Made by a program: the position numbers and the translations under genes. Positions 1-10,520 of a stretch of DNA of 43,241 nt are shown here, one piece after another. A model generated the notes under the pieces. It made no database searches. It was not told where the DNA came from and saw nothing but the letters and a program-made list of their open reading frames with translations. This DNA comes from Minisyncoccota bacterium (GTDB taxonomy: Bacteria > Patescibacteriota > Minisyncoccia > Phycocordibacterales > JACRKE01), in assembly GCA_041660505.1 (NCBI GenBank), contig JBAZWG010000001.1, positions 675,768 to 719,008 on the forward strand, written 5' to 3'. Position 1 is the first letter of the stretch; each line of letters starts with the position of its first letter.

Positions 1-319
1 TTTTTTTTAATTCGCTCACGATGTTCTCTTGGTCATAGCCGAGGAATACTATATCGGGTTTATATTTCTTCAGAATCTCCCATGAGCCGAGATGTTTGTC
101 GCCCATGACGACTTTGGCCTCCGGCATACTCTCCTTCACGCCACGCATTCGTTCGCGGGCGGATTGTTTAGGAGAGTGATCTTTGAGTTCGCGGACGAGC
201 GTGTCGTGCGTAACGACGACAATAAGCTTCTGGCATTGGCCGGCCGCCTCGCGGAGGAAGTACTCGTGCCCCGGGTGCAAGTGGTCGAAGACCCCGAACA
301 GCATTCCTGTTTTTGGCAT
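1..319 (-). CDS. cytidylyltransferase-family nucleotidyltransferase (partial, 3' end runs off the window)
   Basis: Not in the ORF track because no stop lies in the window. Manual reverse translation from the ATG at 319..317 gives MPKTGMLFGVFDHLHPGHEYFLREAAGQCQKLIVVVTHD..., which carries the HxGH signature (FDHLHPGH). The + ORF 92..412 is its antisense shadow. Confidence 0.7.
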   Translation of the reverse strand, partial: MPKTGMLFGVFDHLHPGHEYFLREAAGQCQKLIVVVTHDTLVRELKDHSPKQSARERMRGVKESMPEAKVVMGDKHLGSWEILKKYKPDIVFLGYDQENIVSELKK

Positions 320-437
320 TATTATATAATATCACAGTTGTTCACAGATTGCTTTGGCCTGCAAGGCAGAAACTTCCAACATATATTAGTCTATAGTATA
401 CTGCGGGCATAAGCAGATAGCTTTTTATATTTGATAT

Positions 438-1754
438 ATGAACAAAATACAATCAATACACGCGCGGGAGATACTTGACTCGCGTGGCAATCCGACGGTG
501 GAGGTAGACCTTACGCTGGAAGGTGGCGCGATGGGGCGAGCCTCGGTGCCGTCCGGTGCATCGACCGGTACTTATGAAGCGCTGGAGCTCCGCGATGGCG
601 ACCCGAAACGATATGGAGGCAAAGGAGTATTGAAGGCGGTCAAGAATATTAATGAAGAGATCTCCTTTGCAATAATCGGCAAGACCGTTGACCAGACCCT
701 ATTAGACCAAACTCTCATAATGCTCGACGGTACGCCGAACAAGTCCAAACTCGGCGCCAACGCTATTCTCGGCGTCTCGCTGGCTTATGCTAAGACGTCT
801 AAGACGCTCGGCGTCTCAAAACAGGACCCGGACGCCGAGCGTCAAATTCTTTTACCGGTACCGATGATGAACGTGATAAACGGCGGAGCGCACGCAGCCG
901 GCTCGACCGATATTCAGGAATTTATGATCGTTCCGCATGGTTTGCCAACTTTTCATGATGCTTTACGCGCAGGTGCAGAAATATTTCATGCATTAGGGAA
1001 AATTCTTAATAAAGAAGGTTTTCAAACTACCGTCGGTGACGAAGGCGGTTACGCGCCAGCCTTGGGTGGCAACATGAGTGCGGCCAAATTTATTGTCGAA
1101 GCGATAAATGCGGTAGGTTACGTTCCGGGTAAAGATATAAGTATTGCGCTAGATATCGCAGCAAGCGAGCTCAAAGTCGTGTCCGAGGAGAGACCTCTCT
1201 CTGGAGGACTCACCTCGGACTCTATATACGAACTCAAGATTGCCAAGAAAAAAATGACAACAGAAGAGATGGTAGACTGGTATGCGGAGATGATTACGAA
1301 CTATCCGATAGTCTCTATAGAAGACCCGCTACACGAAGATGACTGGGAGGGCTATAGTAAACTCACAAAACGTCTGGGTGATAAAATACAAATAGTTGGC
1401 GACGATCTCTATGTTACCAATATGACCCGCCTAGAGCGCGGTCTAGTAGAGAAAAGCACGAACGCAATTTTGATAAAATTAAATCAGATCGGTACAGTAT
1501 CGGAGACGCTAAAAGTAATAGATAAAGCGAAGGCGGCCGGTTGGGGCACAATAATCTCGCATCGTTCCGGCGAGACGGAGGATACAGCAATAGCCGACCT
1601 GGCAGTAAGCACTGGAGCTGGCCAGATTAAAACCGGCTCACTCTGCCGAGGCGAGCGTACGGCGAAATATAATCAGCTTCTTAGATTGGAAGAATCGGCG
1701 GGCGACAAGGCGGTGTACGCCGGACTAAAATTATTTAAATCTCCTTCACGATAA
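438..1754 (+). CDS. eno: enolase (phosphopyruvate hydratase)
   Basis: 438 aa. Starts [23 protein letters not shown] and contains SHRSGETED and IKLNQIGT motifs; full-length enolase layout. Confidence 0.97.
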   Translation: MNKIQSIHAREILDSRGNPTVEVDLTLEGGAMGRASVPSGASTGTYEALELRDGDPKRYGGKGVLKAVKNINEEISFAIIGKTVDQTLLDQTLIMLDGTPNKSKLGANAILGVSLAYAKTSKTLGVSKQDPDAERQILLPVPMMNVINGGAHAAGSTDIQEFMIVPHGLPTFHDALRAGAEIFHALGKILNKEGFQTTVGDEGGYAPALGGNMSAAKFIVEAINAVGYVPGKDISIALDIAASELKVVSEERPLSGGLTSDSIYELKIAKKKMTTEEMVDWYAEMITNYPIVSIEDPLHEDDWEGYSKLTKRLGDKIQIVGDDLYVTNMTRLERGLVEKSTNAILIKLNQIGTVSETLKVIDKAKAAGWGTIISHRSGETEDTAIADLAVSTGAGQIKTGSLCRGERTAKYNQLLRLEESAGDKAVYAGLKLFKSPSR

Positions 1755-3150
1755 GCATATTGGTTGGAGTCCCCTTGGTGTCGAACGGAGCGCCGGCGGC
1801 TATCACAACCTTGCCACCTATTTCACAGATACCATGCTTAAGGCAGTGGCTACGGACGAGATCGAAGGCTTCATCAATAGTCTTGAAGCGGGGGATGATT
1901 AGCGGATAACAGCCAAAAGAGAGCATCACTTTCTCCGACGCGTGTTCATTCGGGGTCATGGCGACGATAAGCCTGTTGGGTTTGAAACGCGATATCATCC
2001 TGGCGGTAAAGCCAGACTCTGTCAGGGCGACAATGAGCTCGGCGTTAATATCATGAGCAAGTTTTACCGCAGAACTGGTGATCGCGTCCGGGATCTCGGT
2101 GTTGTCTGATTTATATTGGAGATCGCGCTCGGGATAATTCTGTTCTATCTGTAGCGCGACGCGCGACATTACTCGCACCGCTTCGGCCGGATATTTGCCG
2201 AGTGCGGTTTCTTCCGAAAGCATCACGGCGTCGGTGCCGTCTATGATGGCATTGGCGATGTCTGACACTTCAGCGCGCGTTGGTACTGGTGAATTTATCA
2301 TCGACTCGAGCATCTGAGTCGCAGTGATGACGGGCTTGCCGGCGTCATTACACTTTCTGATTATCATCTTCTGGATCATTGGCACCATCTCGGCTGGTAC
2401 TTCTATCGCCAGGTCGCCACGCGCGACCATGACGCCATCAGAGAGGGCAATTATCGCATCGATATTGTCGACGGCCTCCGGCGTTTCGATCTTGGCGATT
2501 ATTCCCGCATCACTGCCGGCCACGTCTAGGATAGCGCGCAACTCGGCAATGTCGTCGGCGTGGCGGACGAATGAGAGTGCGAAGTAGGTAACTTTGTTAT
2601 TCAGGCCGAATTGCAGGTCTTCTTTGTCTTTTTCTGTAAGCGCGCTTATAGACAGGTTGGCGCCCGGCAGATTCACTCCGCGTCGGCCCTTAATTTCTCC
2701 GCCGACTATCACTTTACAATGCACTTCTTTGCCTTTAATACTCGTTACTTCCAAGCGCTTCTTTCCGTCATCCAAGAGTATCTGTCCGCCAACCTTTACT
2801 TCTTTCGGTAAGAGGGGATAATTAACGTAAGCACGAGTGGTGTCGCCGGTTATTTGTTCGGTCGTAAGTGTAAAGGGCTCGCCAGAGACAAGTTGTACGT
2901 GTTCAGTACTAAAATCTCCAATACGTATTTTGGGCCCGCTCAAGTCTTGAATAACCGCTATTGTTTTACGGGTCTTACTTGCAGCGGCTTTAACTGCCTC
3001 CAGGCGAACTTGATGCTCTTCGTGAGAGCCATGAGAGAAATTAAAACGGGCGACGTCGAGCCCGGCTTCTATGAGATTCGTCAGAATTTCCGTCTTCTCT
3101 GTTGCCGGCCCGATAGTGGCGACTATCTTAGTTTTTTTTCTGAGTTCCAT
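1735..3150 (-). CDS. pyk: pyruvate kinase
   Basis: 471 aa. Contains [20 protein letters not shown] and ATQMLESM motifs. Its 3' end overlaps the eno 3' end by 20 nt (convergent genes). Confidence 0.95.
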   Translation of the reverse strand: MELRKKTKIVATIGPATEKTEILTNLIEAGLDVARFNFSHGSHEEHQVRLEAVKAAASKTRKTIAVIQDLSGPKIRIGDFSTEHVQLVSGEPFTLTTEQITGDTTRAYVNYPLLPKEVKVGGQILLDDGKKRLEVTSIKGKEVHCKVIVGGEIKGRRGVNLPGANLSISALTEKDKEDLQFGLNNKVTYFALSFVRHADDIAELRAILDVAGSDAGIIAKIETPEAVDNIDAIIALSDGVMVARGDLAIEVPAEMVPMIQKMIIRKCNDAGKPVITATQMLESMINSPVPTRAEVSDIANAIIDGTDAVMLSEETALGKYPAEAVRVMSRVALQIEQNYPERDLQYKSDNTEIPDAITSSAVKLAHDINAELIVALTESGFTARMISRFKPNRLIVAMTPNEHASEKVMLSFGCYPLIIPRFKTIDEAFDLVRSHCLKHGICEIGGKVVIAAGAPFDTKGTPTNMLIVKEI

Positions 3151-3270
3151 GACTACTTTTGACTGTTATTTATACCGTCTTATTTTACACCATGTATCCG
3201 CTCGCGTCTATACTAATTGTCAAATTTAGTGTATACTTTAGGCGGTTCTTTTATATTAAATAGTTCGCCT

Positions 3271-3867
3271 ATGACCGCAGATTACATCCATCATGGGGGG
3301 CACATAGAATTACACGGCCATAAGACAGTACCGAAGCAATACCGTGGCGCCCTAGAAGTCTCCAACCGCACATTCCCAAGTGCGCCGAATTTCTTCGTCG
3401 TTCAACTCACCAGGATGTCTGTTGTTATACTTTTTATGTCGGCGGTGTTCGTTTTAGGACCGTTATTGTACATTAGGCGACTCATCGGCGGATGGGAAGT
3501 GTCACTCATTTGTGCTGGTCTTATCCTCGGTATTCTTGTCGTCTTGTATGCAATTTACCTCAATTTCTGGATGCAGAAATTTAAGTTCAAGTTCTTTCCA
3601 GATTATATCGATGTGACAGCCGGAGTATTTCGCAGAATCGAGAGAAGCGTGCCGTTCTCCGGCATTCGGAATATCCGCGTCAATCAAGATATGTTTGAGC
3701 GGATGGGCAACGTCGCCCATATTCGGGTAGAGAATGCCATCACGGGAGGAGTGCTGGAGGGCGACCAATCAACCACACTTACTCTTATGGGTTTTCCTGT
3801 AGACGAGGCGTATCGGTTAGCAGATATTATCAACTCTTGCATTCGTCCTGAGCACAAAAATAAATAA
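3271..3867 (+). CDS. membrane protein with bacterial PH (bPH_2/YdbT-like) domain
   Basis: Two predicted TM helices followed by a segment resembling bPH_2 (DYIDVTAGVFRRIERSVPFSGIRNIRVNQDMFERMGNVAHIRVE). The track ORF starts at a non-ATG codon at 3217; the first ATG is at 3271. Confidence 0.55.
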   Translation: MTADYIHHGGHIELHGHKTVPKQYRGALEVSNRTFPSAPNFFVVQLTRMSVVILFMSAVFVLGPLLYIRRLIGGWEVSLICAGLILGILVVLYAIYLNFWMQKFKFKFFPDYIDVTAGVFRRIERSVPFSGIRNIRVNQDMFERMGNVAHIRVENAITGGVLEGDQSTTLTLMGFPVDEAYRLADIINSCIRPEHKNK

Positions 3868-3875
3868 TAGATCGC

Positions 3876-5813
3876 ATGTTAAAAAAGGACAAAAAAGAAA
3901 AAAAGAAGAATAACGGATCGAGCCCCCTCGAGCAGCTTTCTGGTCAGATTCTGATCGCGATCGTGGTTCTAATGATCTTCACCAGTGCTTATTCGCTATT
4001 TTCTCCTGAAAAAAAGACTCAAACGGAAGTGCCGGTATCTGACGTTGCGAAAGAAATAACGCTTGGTAATGTAACGAAGATAGCAGTAGAAGGCGATCAG
4101 CTTAATATCACGTTAAGGGATGGTAAGACAGAGTTCGCCAAAAAGGAACCGGGGAGCACCGTGTACGAAACAATCCAGGCTTACGGCGTAAGTCCCGACA
4201 GATTATCCGCTGTGCAGATAGAAGTGCTCGGCCCTTCCGGCTGGGACTTTTTCTTCGGTCTTGTGTTGCCCTACATTCCGCTTATAGCACTGATTCTACT
4301 TTTCATCTGGTTTCTTTCTAGGCAGGTTAAGGTATCTTCGATGCAGGCATTCTCTTTCGGCCAGTCCAAGGCGCGCATGATTGATCCTAACGATGAGAAG
4401 CAAAAGGTTAGATTTTCTGATGTGGCCGGTGCCAAGGAGGCAAAAGAAGAATTGATGGAGATTGTCGACTTTCTCAAGAACCCAAAGAAATTTCTGGATA
4501 TTGGCGCGCGTATTCCGAAAGGCGTAATACTAATGGGACCACCGGGCTCGGGTAAGACTCTGCTAGCGCGCGCAGTTGCCGGCGAGGCTGGCGTGCCGTT
4601 TTTATATTTATCAGGATCCGAATTCGTCGAAATGTTTGTGGGTGTCGGAGCTTCACGCGTACGCGACCTCTTTAATATGGCGAAGAAAGCGGCGCCGGCA
4701 ATAATATTCATAGATGAGATTGACGCAGTTGGCAGACATCGTGGTGGGGGTGTCGGTGGTGGCAATGATGAACGCGAACAGACGTTGAACCAAATTCTCG
4801 TTGAGATGGACGGCTTCGAGCCGAACGATAAAGTTATCGTGATGGCGGCGACGAACAGGCCGGATGTGCTTGACGTGGCACTGCTCCGCCCGGGCCGATT
4901 CGACCGCCGCGTTACTATCGACTTGCCGGACATTAACGATCGTGAAGCGATACTAAAAATTCATGGCGCCAAGATGCCGTTTGCTGAAGATGTTAAGCTC
5001 CGCACAATCGCCGAACGCACCCCGGGATTCTCCGGCGCCGACCTTGCGAACTTGATGAACGAGGCATCAATCCTCGCCGCTCGCGAAGAACGTACTAAGG
5101 TTGGCCAATTCGATCTTATAAGATCGGTAGAGAAAGTCATGCTCGGTCCAGAGCGCAAGAGCCACGTTCTCGGCCCGAAAGAGAAAGAGATAACCGCTTA
5201 TCACGAGATGGGCCACGCTCTTATCGCTTCTGTATTGGAATATTCCGATCCTGTGCACAAGGTGTCAATCATTTCTCGCGGTCGGGCGGCAGGGTATACT
5301 CTTAAACTCCCACTTGAAGAAAAAAGGATGCACACCAAGAAGCAGTTTATGGACGACATCGCGGTTTCCTTGGGCGGCTATACGGCAGAGCAGATGATAT
5401 TCGGTGATGTCACGACCGGAGCATCGAATGATATTGCTGTCGCTTCGGCGCTCGCAAGAGATATGGTGACGCGTTACGGTATGTCGGACAAAGTTGGCCC
5501 GGTGGATGTGGCCGGCGACGATCATATGCTCATTGCCGGCGGTAGAATTTCCGGCACTGGCGTATCCGAGAATACTGCCGCGATTATCGATTCTGAAGTT
5601 TCTAAAATCATGAACGATGCAGGAACGCGCGCCAAGAGGATTCTTGCCGAACACGAGAAGGCGCTCCACAATATGTCGAACGAGCTTACCAAGGTAGAGA
5701 CGATAGAACGCAAAGAGTTCGAAGACCTGCTCATCTTGAACGGCATCAAGCCGAAGAAACTCCCTGATAATCTGCCCGTGTCAGAACCGGTGGTTATAAC
5801 GCCGGAAACATAA
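3876..5813 (+). CDS. ftsH: ATP-dependent zinc metalloprotease FtsH
   Basis: 645 aa. Walker [12 protein letters not shown] segment [19 protein letters not shown], zinc motif HEMGHA, and an N-terminal TM pair. Confidence 0.97.
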   Translation: MLKKDKKEKKKNNGSSPLEQLSGQILIAIVVLMIFTSAYSLFSPEKKTQTEVPVSDVAKEITLGNVTKIAVEGDQLNITLRDGKTEFAKKEPGSTVYETIQAYGVSPDRLSAVQIEVLGPSGWDFFFGLVLPYIPLIALILLFIWFLSRQVKVSSMQAFSFGQSKARMIDPNDEKQKVRFSDVAGAKEAKEELMEIVDFLKNPKKFLDIGARIPKGVILMGPPGSGKTLLARAVAGEAGVPFLYLSGSEFVEMFVGVGASRVRDLFNMAKKAAPAIIFIDEIDAVGRHRGGGVGGGNDEREQTLNQILVEMDGFEPNDKVIVMAATNRPDVLDVALLRPGRFDRRVTIDLPDINDREAILKIHGAKMPFAEDVKLRTIAERTPGFSGADLANLMNEASILAAREERTKVGQFDLIRSVEKVMLGPERKSHVLGPKEKEITAYHEMGHALIASVLEYSDPVHKVSIISRGRAAGYTLKLPLEEKRMHTKKQFMDDIAVSLGGYTAEQMIFGDVTTGASNDIAVASALARDMVTRYGMSDKVGPVDVAGDDHMLIAGGRISGTGVSENTAAIIDSEVSKIMNDAGTRAKRILAEHEKALHNMSNELTKVETIERKEFEDLLILNGIKPKKLPDNLPVSEPVVITPET

Positions 5814-5817
5814 AGCG

Positions 5818-6765
5818 ATGCGCGTCCGTTACGTGTACGCTTTAGTGTTCGTACTCATTGCCTCAATAGGCTTTTTCGGTTTGCAAGATGCCGGTGTCGT
5901 AAATCTAAGTTCCGCCTATTCCTATCTTGCCGGCATTTTCTTCGCCGAGAAGATTACTCCCGACGCGATACGTTCCGAATACGCAAATAGCTCGCTTAAA
6001 GTTCTGATTGTACCAGGCCATGAAAAAGACACCGGCGGTACGGAATATAAAAATCTCAAAGAGCGCGAACTCGTGCTCCAGCTCGGGAAGTATCTCCAGG
6101 AGGAGTTGAATAAAGACACTCATCTCACGTCTCAAATTACCAGAGACGGATCCGGCGACTTCACTCAATGGTTCAAAGATTACATAGCGGAGGGCAGTAT
6201 TGACGTTAAGGTTTTTACCACCTCGGCAAAAGTTAAGACTGCGCAAGCTATAATTCAAGGACTTTTCACGCCGACTACAGGGGTCGAACATAACACCGCG
6301 CCCGGTCCGACCGCGCTTGTTCTCTACGGCATCAATAAATATGCGAACGAACATGCTGTCGATTTGGTACTACACTTACATCTGAACGATTACCCGAGAC
6401 GATATACAAATCAGCCCGGTAAATATACCGGATTCGCGATTTATATACCAGAAAGTCAGCTTCCGAACACCCGTTCGAGTAAGGCCATAGGAGATAGTAT
6501 TGCCAGAGAATTGGCGCATATCGAGCCTAGGAGCAGTTATAAAAAAGAGCAGCCGGCCTTGGTCGAAGACCAAGAGCTCATCGCCATCGGCTCCTATGGT
6601 ACGCGCGATGGCGCGTCATTGCTTATCGAGTACGGCTATATTTATGAGAAGAAATTTACAGATCTCAAACTCCGGGACAAAACTTTGCGCGACCTGGCCC
6701 ACGCTACCTACCTCGGAATCGAAGATTACTTTAATCAAAAGGTCGCATTGTCTACGACGCGATAG
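5818..6765 (+). CDS. N-acetylmuramoyl-L-alanine amidase-like (Amidase_3) protein
   Basis: N-terminal TM/signal segment, then LIVPGHEKDTGG...ERELVLQLGKYL...LHLHLND...GFAIY, which resembles the Amidase_3 zinc-ligand layout. Confidence 0.6.
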   Translation: MRVRYVYALVFVLIASIGFFGLQDAGVVNLSSAYSYLAGIFFAEKITPDAIRSEYANSSLKVLIVPGHEKDTGGTEYKNLKERELVLQLGKYLQEELNKDTHLTSQITRDGSGDFTQWFKDYIAEGSIDVKVFTTSAKVKTAQAIIQGLFTPTTGVEHNTAPGPTALVLYGINKYANEHAVDLVLHLHLNDYPRRYTNQPGKYTGFAIYIPESQLPNTRSSKAIGDSIARELAHIEPRSSYKKEQPALVEDQELIAIGSYGTRDGASLLIEYGYIYEKKFTDLKLRDKTLRDLAHATYLGIEDYFNQKVALSTTR

Positions 6766-6786
6766 TTTGATAAGCTTACATCCTAA

Positions 6787-6859
6787 CCGCCCTTAGCTCA
6801 GTTGGTAGAGCAAGCGTCTTATACACGCTGGGTCCTTGGTTCGAGTCCAAGAGGGCGGA
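6787..6859 (+). tRNA. tRNA-Ile (anticodon UAU)
   Basis: Manual cloverleaf of 73 nt. Acceptor CCGCCCT/AGGGCGG, D arm GCTC..GAGC, anticodon stem AGCGT/ACGCT with loop CTTATAC, T arm CTTGG-TTCGAGT-CCAAG, discriminator A. No encoded CCA. Confidence 0.85.
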
Positions 6860-6875
6860 CTGATTTATTAAAGAA

Positions 6876-7460
6876 ATGAAGAAAATATTTCTGATACACG
6901 GATTTGAAGGTGAGCCGAACGGAGGATGGAGACCATGGCTCATGGGCGAACTTGCCAAATACGGCGTGTACGCTTGCGCTTTACCAATGCCATCGCCAGA
7001 AAAGCCTATCTGTAAAGACTGGCTTGCAATGATTGATTACTGCATCGGTAAACCGAATAAAGATACGTATTTAGTCGGCCACAGTCTGGGTGTGCCGGCG
7101 ATTCTAAGATATTTGGAAAAAACAAAAGTAAAAATAGGCGGTGCCGTTCTGGTCTCCGGACCTATTAAAACAAAAAAAGGATACAGGAACGGTAAACTCG
7201 ATACATTCTTTGCGCAACCTTTTGATTTAAAATTGATAAAAAGGAAAGCGAGCAAGTTCACTGTAATTCACGGAGACAACGATCAGCTTGTGGATATTAC
7301 GCAAGATGAGGAGCTAGCAAAATTGCTTTCGTGTGAATTGATAAAAGTGAAGAACGGAGGACACCTGAACGGATCAAGCGGCTTTCGTGAATTACCCCAG
7401 GCGCTTGTTGCTCTCAAAAAAATCGCGTCATTAAAACCGTTCAAGGGAACAATCTACTGA
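6876..7460 (+). CDS. alpha/beta hydrolase, YdeN/RBBP9-like serine hydrolase
   Basis: 194 aa. IFLIHGFEGEPNGGW, nucleophile elbow GHSLG, and a late HGDND..GH segment. Confidence 0.65.
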   Translation: MKKIFLIHGFEGEPNGGWRPWLMGELAKYGVYACALPMPSPEKPICKDWLAMIDYCIGKPNKDTYLVGHSLGVPAILRYLEKTKVKIGGAVLVSGPIKTKKGYRNGKLDTFFAQPFDLKLIKRKASKFTVIHGDNDQLVDITQDEELAKLLSCELIKVKNGGHLNGSSGFRELPQALVALKKIASLKPFKGTIY

Positions 7461-7466
7461 TATATT

Positions 7467-8204
7467 ATGAATGTAGTTGTATTGGCGGCGGGTGAGGGTA
7501 AACGCATGGCGGCAGACGGGATGCCGAAGGTTTTGGTACCCTTGAAGGGCAAGCCGCTTATTTCGTACGTGCTCGAGGCGATACGCGCTTCGGGCGCCGA
7601 TGCTCATCCGACATTGGTTATCGGTGTCCACGCCGAGCTCGTCGAAAAAACTCTAGGCACGCAATATAATTATGTCATCCAAGCAGAACGTCTCGGCACC
7701 GGCCACGCGGTACAATGCGCGCAGGCCTTGCTTGAGCCGGAGGCCGATGACGTGCTCGTGCTCTACGGCGATCATCCGCTTGTGTCGGCGAAGATGATAA
7801 AAGATTTGGTGCGTGCACATAAGTCCGGCAATAACACGCTCACAATGGCGACGACAACCGTCCCTGATTTTAAAGATTGGTACGCCGGCTTTTACGACTT
7901 CGGCAGGATTATTCGCGCCGAGGACGGCACTTTGGAAAAGATTATAGAGAAAAAAGACGCAACGACAGAAGAACTTGAAATAAAAGAAGTGAACCCAGGC
8001 TATTATTGTTTCAAGTCTGCCTGGCTCTGGCCGGCTCTCAAAAGCATAAAGAACGACAATGCGCAGAAAGAATATTATCTCACCGATTTATTGGCGCTTG
8101 CGGTAAAAGATGAAGAAAAAATCGGCAGTGTCGAGATAGACCCCGAAGAAGCGCTCGGTGTTAATACTAGAGAACAGCTTGCCCTTGTCGAGACCTTACT
8201 TTAG
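7467..8204 (+). CDS. sugar-phosphate nucleotidyltransferase (GlmU N-terminal-domain-like)
   Basis: 245 aa. Starts MNVVVLAAGEGKRM..PKVLVPLKGKP (the LAAGxGxR signature). No acetyltransferase hexapeptide domain is present. Confidence 0.75.
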   Translation: MNVVVLAAGEGKRMAADGMPKVLVPLKGKPLISYVLEAIRASGADAHPTLVIGVHAELVEKTLGTQYNYVIQAERLGTGHAVQCAQALLEPEADDVLVLYGDHPLVSAKMIKDLVRAHKSGNNTLTMATTTVPDFKDWYAGFYDFGRIIRAEDGTLEKIIEKKDATTEELEIKEVNPGYYCFKSAWLWPALKSIKNDNAQKEYYLTDLLALAVKDEEKIGSVEIDPEEALGVNTREQLALVETLL

Positions 8205-8211
8205 CCTCACT

Positions 8212-9324
8212 CTAACTTTTGTAAACTCCGAGCAGTTTATCGGTGCAGGATTCTATGCTGAAATCATTTGCTCTTAACTTAGCTTCTTTAGATTTCGCTG
8301 TGCGAATCTCCGAGTTATTCAAAAGCAGAGAAACTTTTTCCGCGAATTTCTCGAGATCCTCTGGGACAAGATAACCGCCATTGTCTCCAGCCAAGGTGTC
8401 TTCGACGCCGCTTGCTTTGACGGCCACGACCGGCGTACCGCAAGCGAGCGCTTCGAGTGTGGTTAAGCCTTGAGTCTCTGTCGTCGAGGCGGAGAGAAAT
8501 ACTTTGGCACCCGCGACCAGAGGGAAGAGTTCGCCATGCTTGATGAATCCTGTCAGATGAATCCGGTCATGTACAGGAGAAGCTTTGACTATCTCGCGCA
8601 ACTCATCTTCATACGGCCCGCCGCCGGCTATTATGAAATGAATGTCGGGGTGAGATTTCGAAACAAGCACAAAGGCCTTTACCAAAAACGCAAGATTCTT
8701 TTCTCTGCCTATCCGACTCATACTCATAATATAAGGGTAGGCTTTTGGTTGTGGTTGCAAATTATCGAAATCATCAAAATTGACCCCCGATGGCAAGACA
8801 TGCACAGGAACACTCACGCCATAATCCGTAAGCAGGCGTTTGACGGCGGTTGAGGGAGCGATGCAGGCATCGTGGCGGTTCATATAGATAGCCACGAACT
8901 TCTTTACGCCGTACTTGCTGATTATCTCCGGCGCAGGGAAGTAGTGCAGATATTCCTCAAGATTTGTGTGATAAGTGTGCACAGAACGGATACCGAAGAG
9001 TCGGGCCGCGCCGATACCAAGCAGGCCGATAGAACCCGGCGTATGGGTATGAATAACATCGAACTTCTCTTTCCTGATATTATTGACGAGTCGCGGGTCG
9101 TAAGGCAAGCTTAGTCTGAAGTCGGGGTAGGCGTAGTATGATAAAGAGGGAATGCGCGTGTTGTCCGGATGTGCAGTATGTTCTTCTCTAAAAAAAGCAT
9201 TCTTGGGCGAATATATCTTTACCGTGTGTCCGCGCTTCTCCAACTCGGCCGTGTAAGTCTTAATGGAGCTGACGATGCCGTCGATCTTGGGCTCGTAAGT
9301 GTCCGTGAACATCCCGATATGCAT
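8212..9324 (-). CDS. glycosyltransferase family 4
   Basis: The track ORF extends to 9426, but the homologous N-terminus begins at MHIGMFTDTYEPKIDGIV (ATG at 9324). The C-terminal part has an E-x7-E-like GT4 region (TETQGLTTLEALACGTPVV). Confidence 0.85.
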   Translation of the reverse strand: MHIGMFTDTYEPKIDGIVSSIKTYTAELEKRGHTVKIYSPKNAFFREEHTAHPDNTRIPSLSYYAYPDFRLSLPYDPRLVNNIRKEKFDVIHTHTPGSIGLLGIGAARLFGIRSVHTYHTNLEEYLHYFPAPEIISKYGVKKFVAIYMNRHDACIAPSTAVKRLLTDYGVSVPVHVLPSGVNFDDFDNLQPQPKAYPYIMSMSRIGREKNLAFLVKAFVLVSKSHPDIHFIIAGGGPYEDELREIVKASPVHDRIHLTGFIKHGELFPLVAGAKVFLSASTTETQGLTTLEALACGTPVVAVKASGVEDTLAGDNGGYLVPEDLEKFAEKVSLLLNNSEIRTAKSKEAKLRANDFSIESCTDKLLGVYKS

Positions 9325-9389
9325 GGGGTAATAATACCATAAAATCAGTGCCTTTTCTCGCCAATAGAATTCATGGTAGGATATACCAT

Positions 9390-9761
9390 ATGGCCAATAT
9401 AGAAGGCAATAATCAATCAGAAACAAAGTGGGCTATTTGGGGCCCGCTAGTGAATGGCGTAGAAACCTTTATAAGAGACGGCCATCTTGATGACATTAAG
9501 CCAGAATTACCAAAAGAACAACAAGGGTATTTGTCACATATCGGGCTACTGATGTTGGACTATCAGCCAGTTGTCGACAAAGGCGAGACAGAAGAAGAAA
9601 AAAGAGCTTCCGCAAGCATGCAGAGATATACGAAAGTCATTGCTGACATTTTCCAAAAAGAAAATCATAAAATCAGCGCAGAGGAACTCTCAGAATTAAA
9701 AACCGCTCTGGCCGAACTCCGCGAATCACTACGAGAGCTTGTTTCTACTCCAAATGGGTAA
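9390..9761 (+). CDS. hypothetical protein
   Basis: Open frame only; I recognise no motif. Likely ATG at 9390 (MANIEGNN...). Its last codons lie in the duplicated recG-tail segment 9745..9774. Confidence 0.45.
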   Translation: MANIEGNNQSETKWAIWGPLVNGVETFIRDGHLDDIKPELPKEQQGYLSHIGLLMLDYQPVVDKGETEEEKRASASMQRYTKVIADIFQKENHKISAEELSELKTALAELRESLRELVSTPNG

Positions 9762-9778
9762 GTTTTGAGTTTTTCCCC

Positions 9779-9805
9779 AATTTCGGAGGTCCGACCTCCG
9801 AAATT
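9779..9805. repeat. REP-A palindrome copy 1 (AATTTCGGAGGTC-C-GACCTCCGAAATT)
   Basis: Perfect 27-bp palindrome around a central C, 9 nt upstream of the RAYT-1 start codon. Confidence 0.95.
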
Positions 9806-9814
9806 CGTGTTATC

Positions 9815-10495
9815 ATGATGGATATGGAGCGCATATTGGAAACCGACTGTTTTTACCATATCTATAACCGAGGCACGAACAAGCAGGAAATTTTTCACGA
9901 CGAAAGTGACTATCTTCGGTTTGTTCACTATCTTTATGTTTGTAACGACCGCGCATTGATGGAGAAGGTCTTCGCCGAATCAATAATCGGAGGTCCGACC
10001 TCCGAAAATTCTCATAAACGGGAATTGTTGGTTGATGTTGTCTGTTTCGCTCTTATGCCGAACCACTTTCATCTCATGCTGAATCAGAGGAAAGATGGCG
10101 GAGTAAGCAAGTTCATGCAAAAGCTTTGCACTGCGTACACCATGTACTATAATCATCGTTATAAACGCACCGGCGTATTATTCCAGGGAAAGTACAAAAG
10201 CATACCCGTACTTGATGAGCAGTACCTGCCAATCCTAGTGCGATACATTCACTTAAATCCTGTCGAGCTTGATGTGTCAGCAACAAAAACCGAAGGCGGA
10301 ATGATCTCATATCTGAAAAATTATCGCTGGTCAAGTTGCCCAGATTACCTTGGTCAGGCAAACTTTCCCTCAATCATATCAACGGACCAGTTTGCGGAGA
10401 TATTTGAAGATTATGAAGAACACCAGGAATTTTTGGTCGAGAATATTGGAGATGGGTTTATGAGTTCAGAAAAGAGGCTGTTTATCGATTTATAA
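9815..10495 (+). CDS. IS200/IS605-type Y1 (HUH) transposase-like protein, REP-associated (RAYT-like) 1
   Basis: 226 aa. YHIYNRG N-terminal motif, HUH motif NHFHLML, and YRTGVLFQGKYKS...YIHLNPV with the candidate catalytic Tyr. Flanked by REP-A palindromes in inverted orientation. Confidence 0.8.
   Translation: MMDMERILETDCFYHIYNRGTNKQEIFHDESDYLRFVHYLYVCNDRALMEKVFAESIIGGPTSENSHKRELLVDVVCFALMPNHFHLMLNQRKDGGVSKFMQKLCTAYTMYYNHRYKRTGVLFQGKYKSIPVLDEQYLPILVRYIHLNPVELDVSATKTEGGMISYLKNYRWSSCPDYLGQANFPSIISTDQFAEIFEDYEEHQEFLVENIGDGFMSSEKRLFIDL
9987..10005. repeat. REP-A palindrome copy 2, inside the RAYT-1 ORF
   Basis: TCGGAGGTC-C-GACCTCCGA. Read in frame it gives IIGGPTSEN. Confidence 0.95.
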
Positions 10496-10501
10496 GAATA
10501 A

Positions 10502-10520
10502 TCGGAGGTCGGACCTCCGA
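10502..10520. repeat. REP-A palindrome copy 3 (central G, opposite orientation)
   Basis: TCGGAGGTC-G-GACCTCCGA, 6 nt after the RAYT-1 stop codon. Confidence 0.95.

Noticed and set aside
92-412. 106-aa + strand ORF at the left edge
   Set aside because: It is antisense to a much better minus-strand gene, a nucleotidyltransferase with an HxGH motif starting at 319. It has no recognisable motif of its own.
4271-4933. 220-aa minus-strand ORF inside ftsH
   Set aside because: It is an antisense shadow of a highly conserved gene. The translation is Ser/Pro/Arg-rich and low in complexity. The same applies to 5265..5669 and the other short antisense ORFs.
8212-9426. N-terminal extensions in the ORF track (8212..9426, 13928.., 14550.., 18473.., 20912..22291, 25917.., 26514.., 30003.., 34451.., 3217..)
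   Set aside because: The extensions overlap neighbouring genes or hairpins and precede the point where recognisable homology starts. I trimmed each to the first ATG or GTG consistent with a conserved N-terminus.
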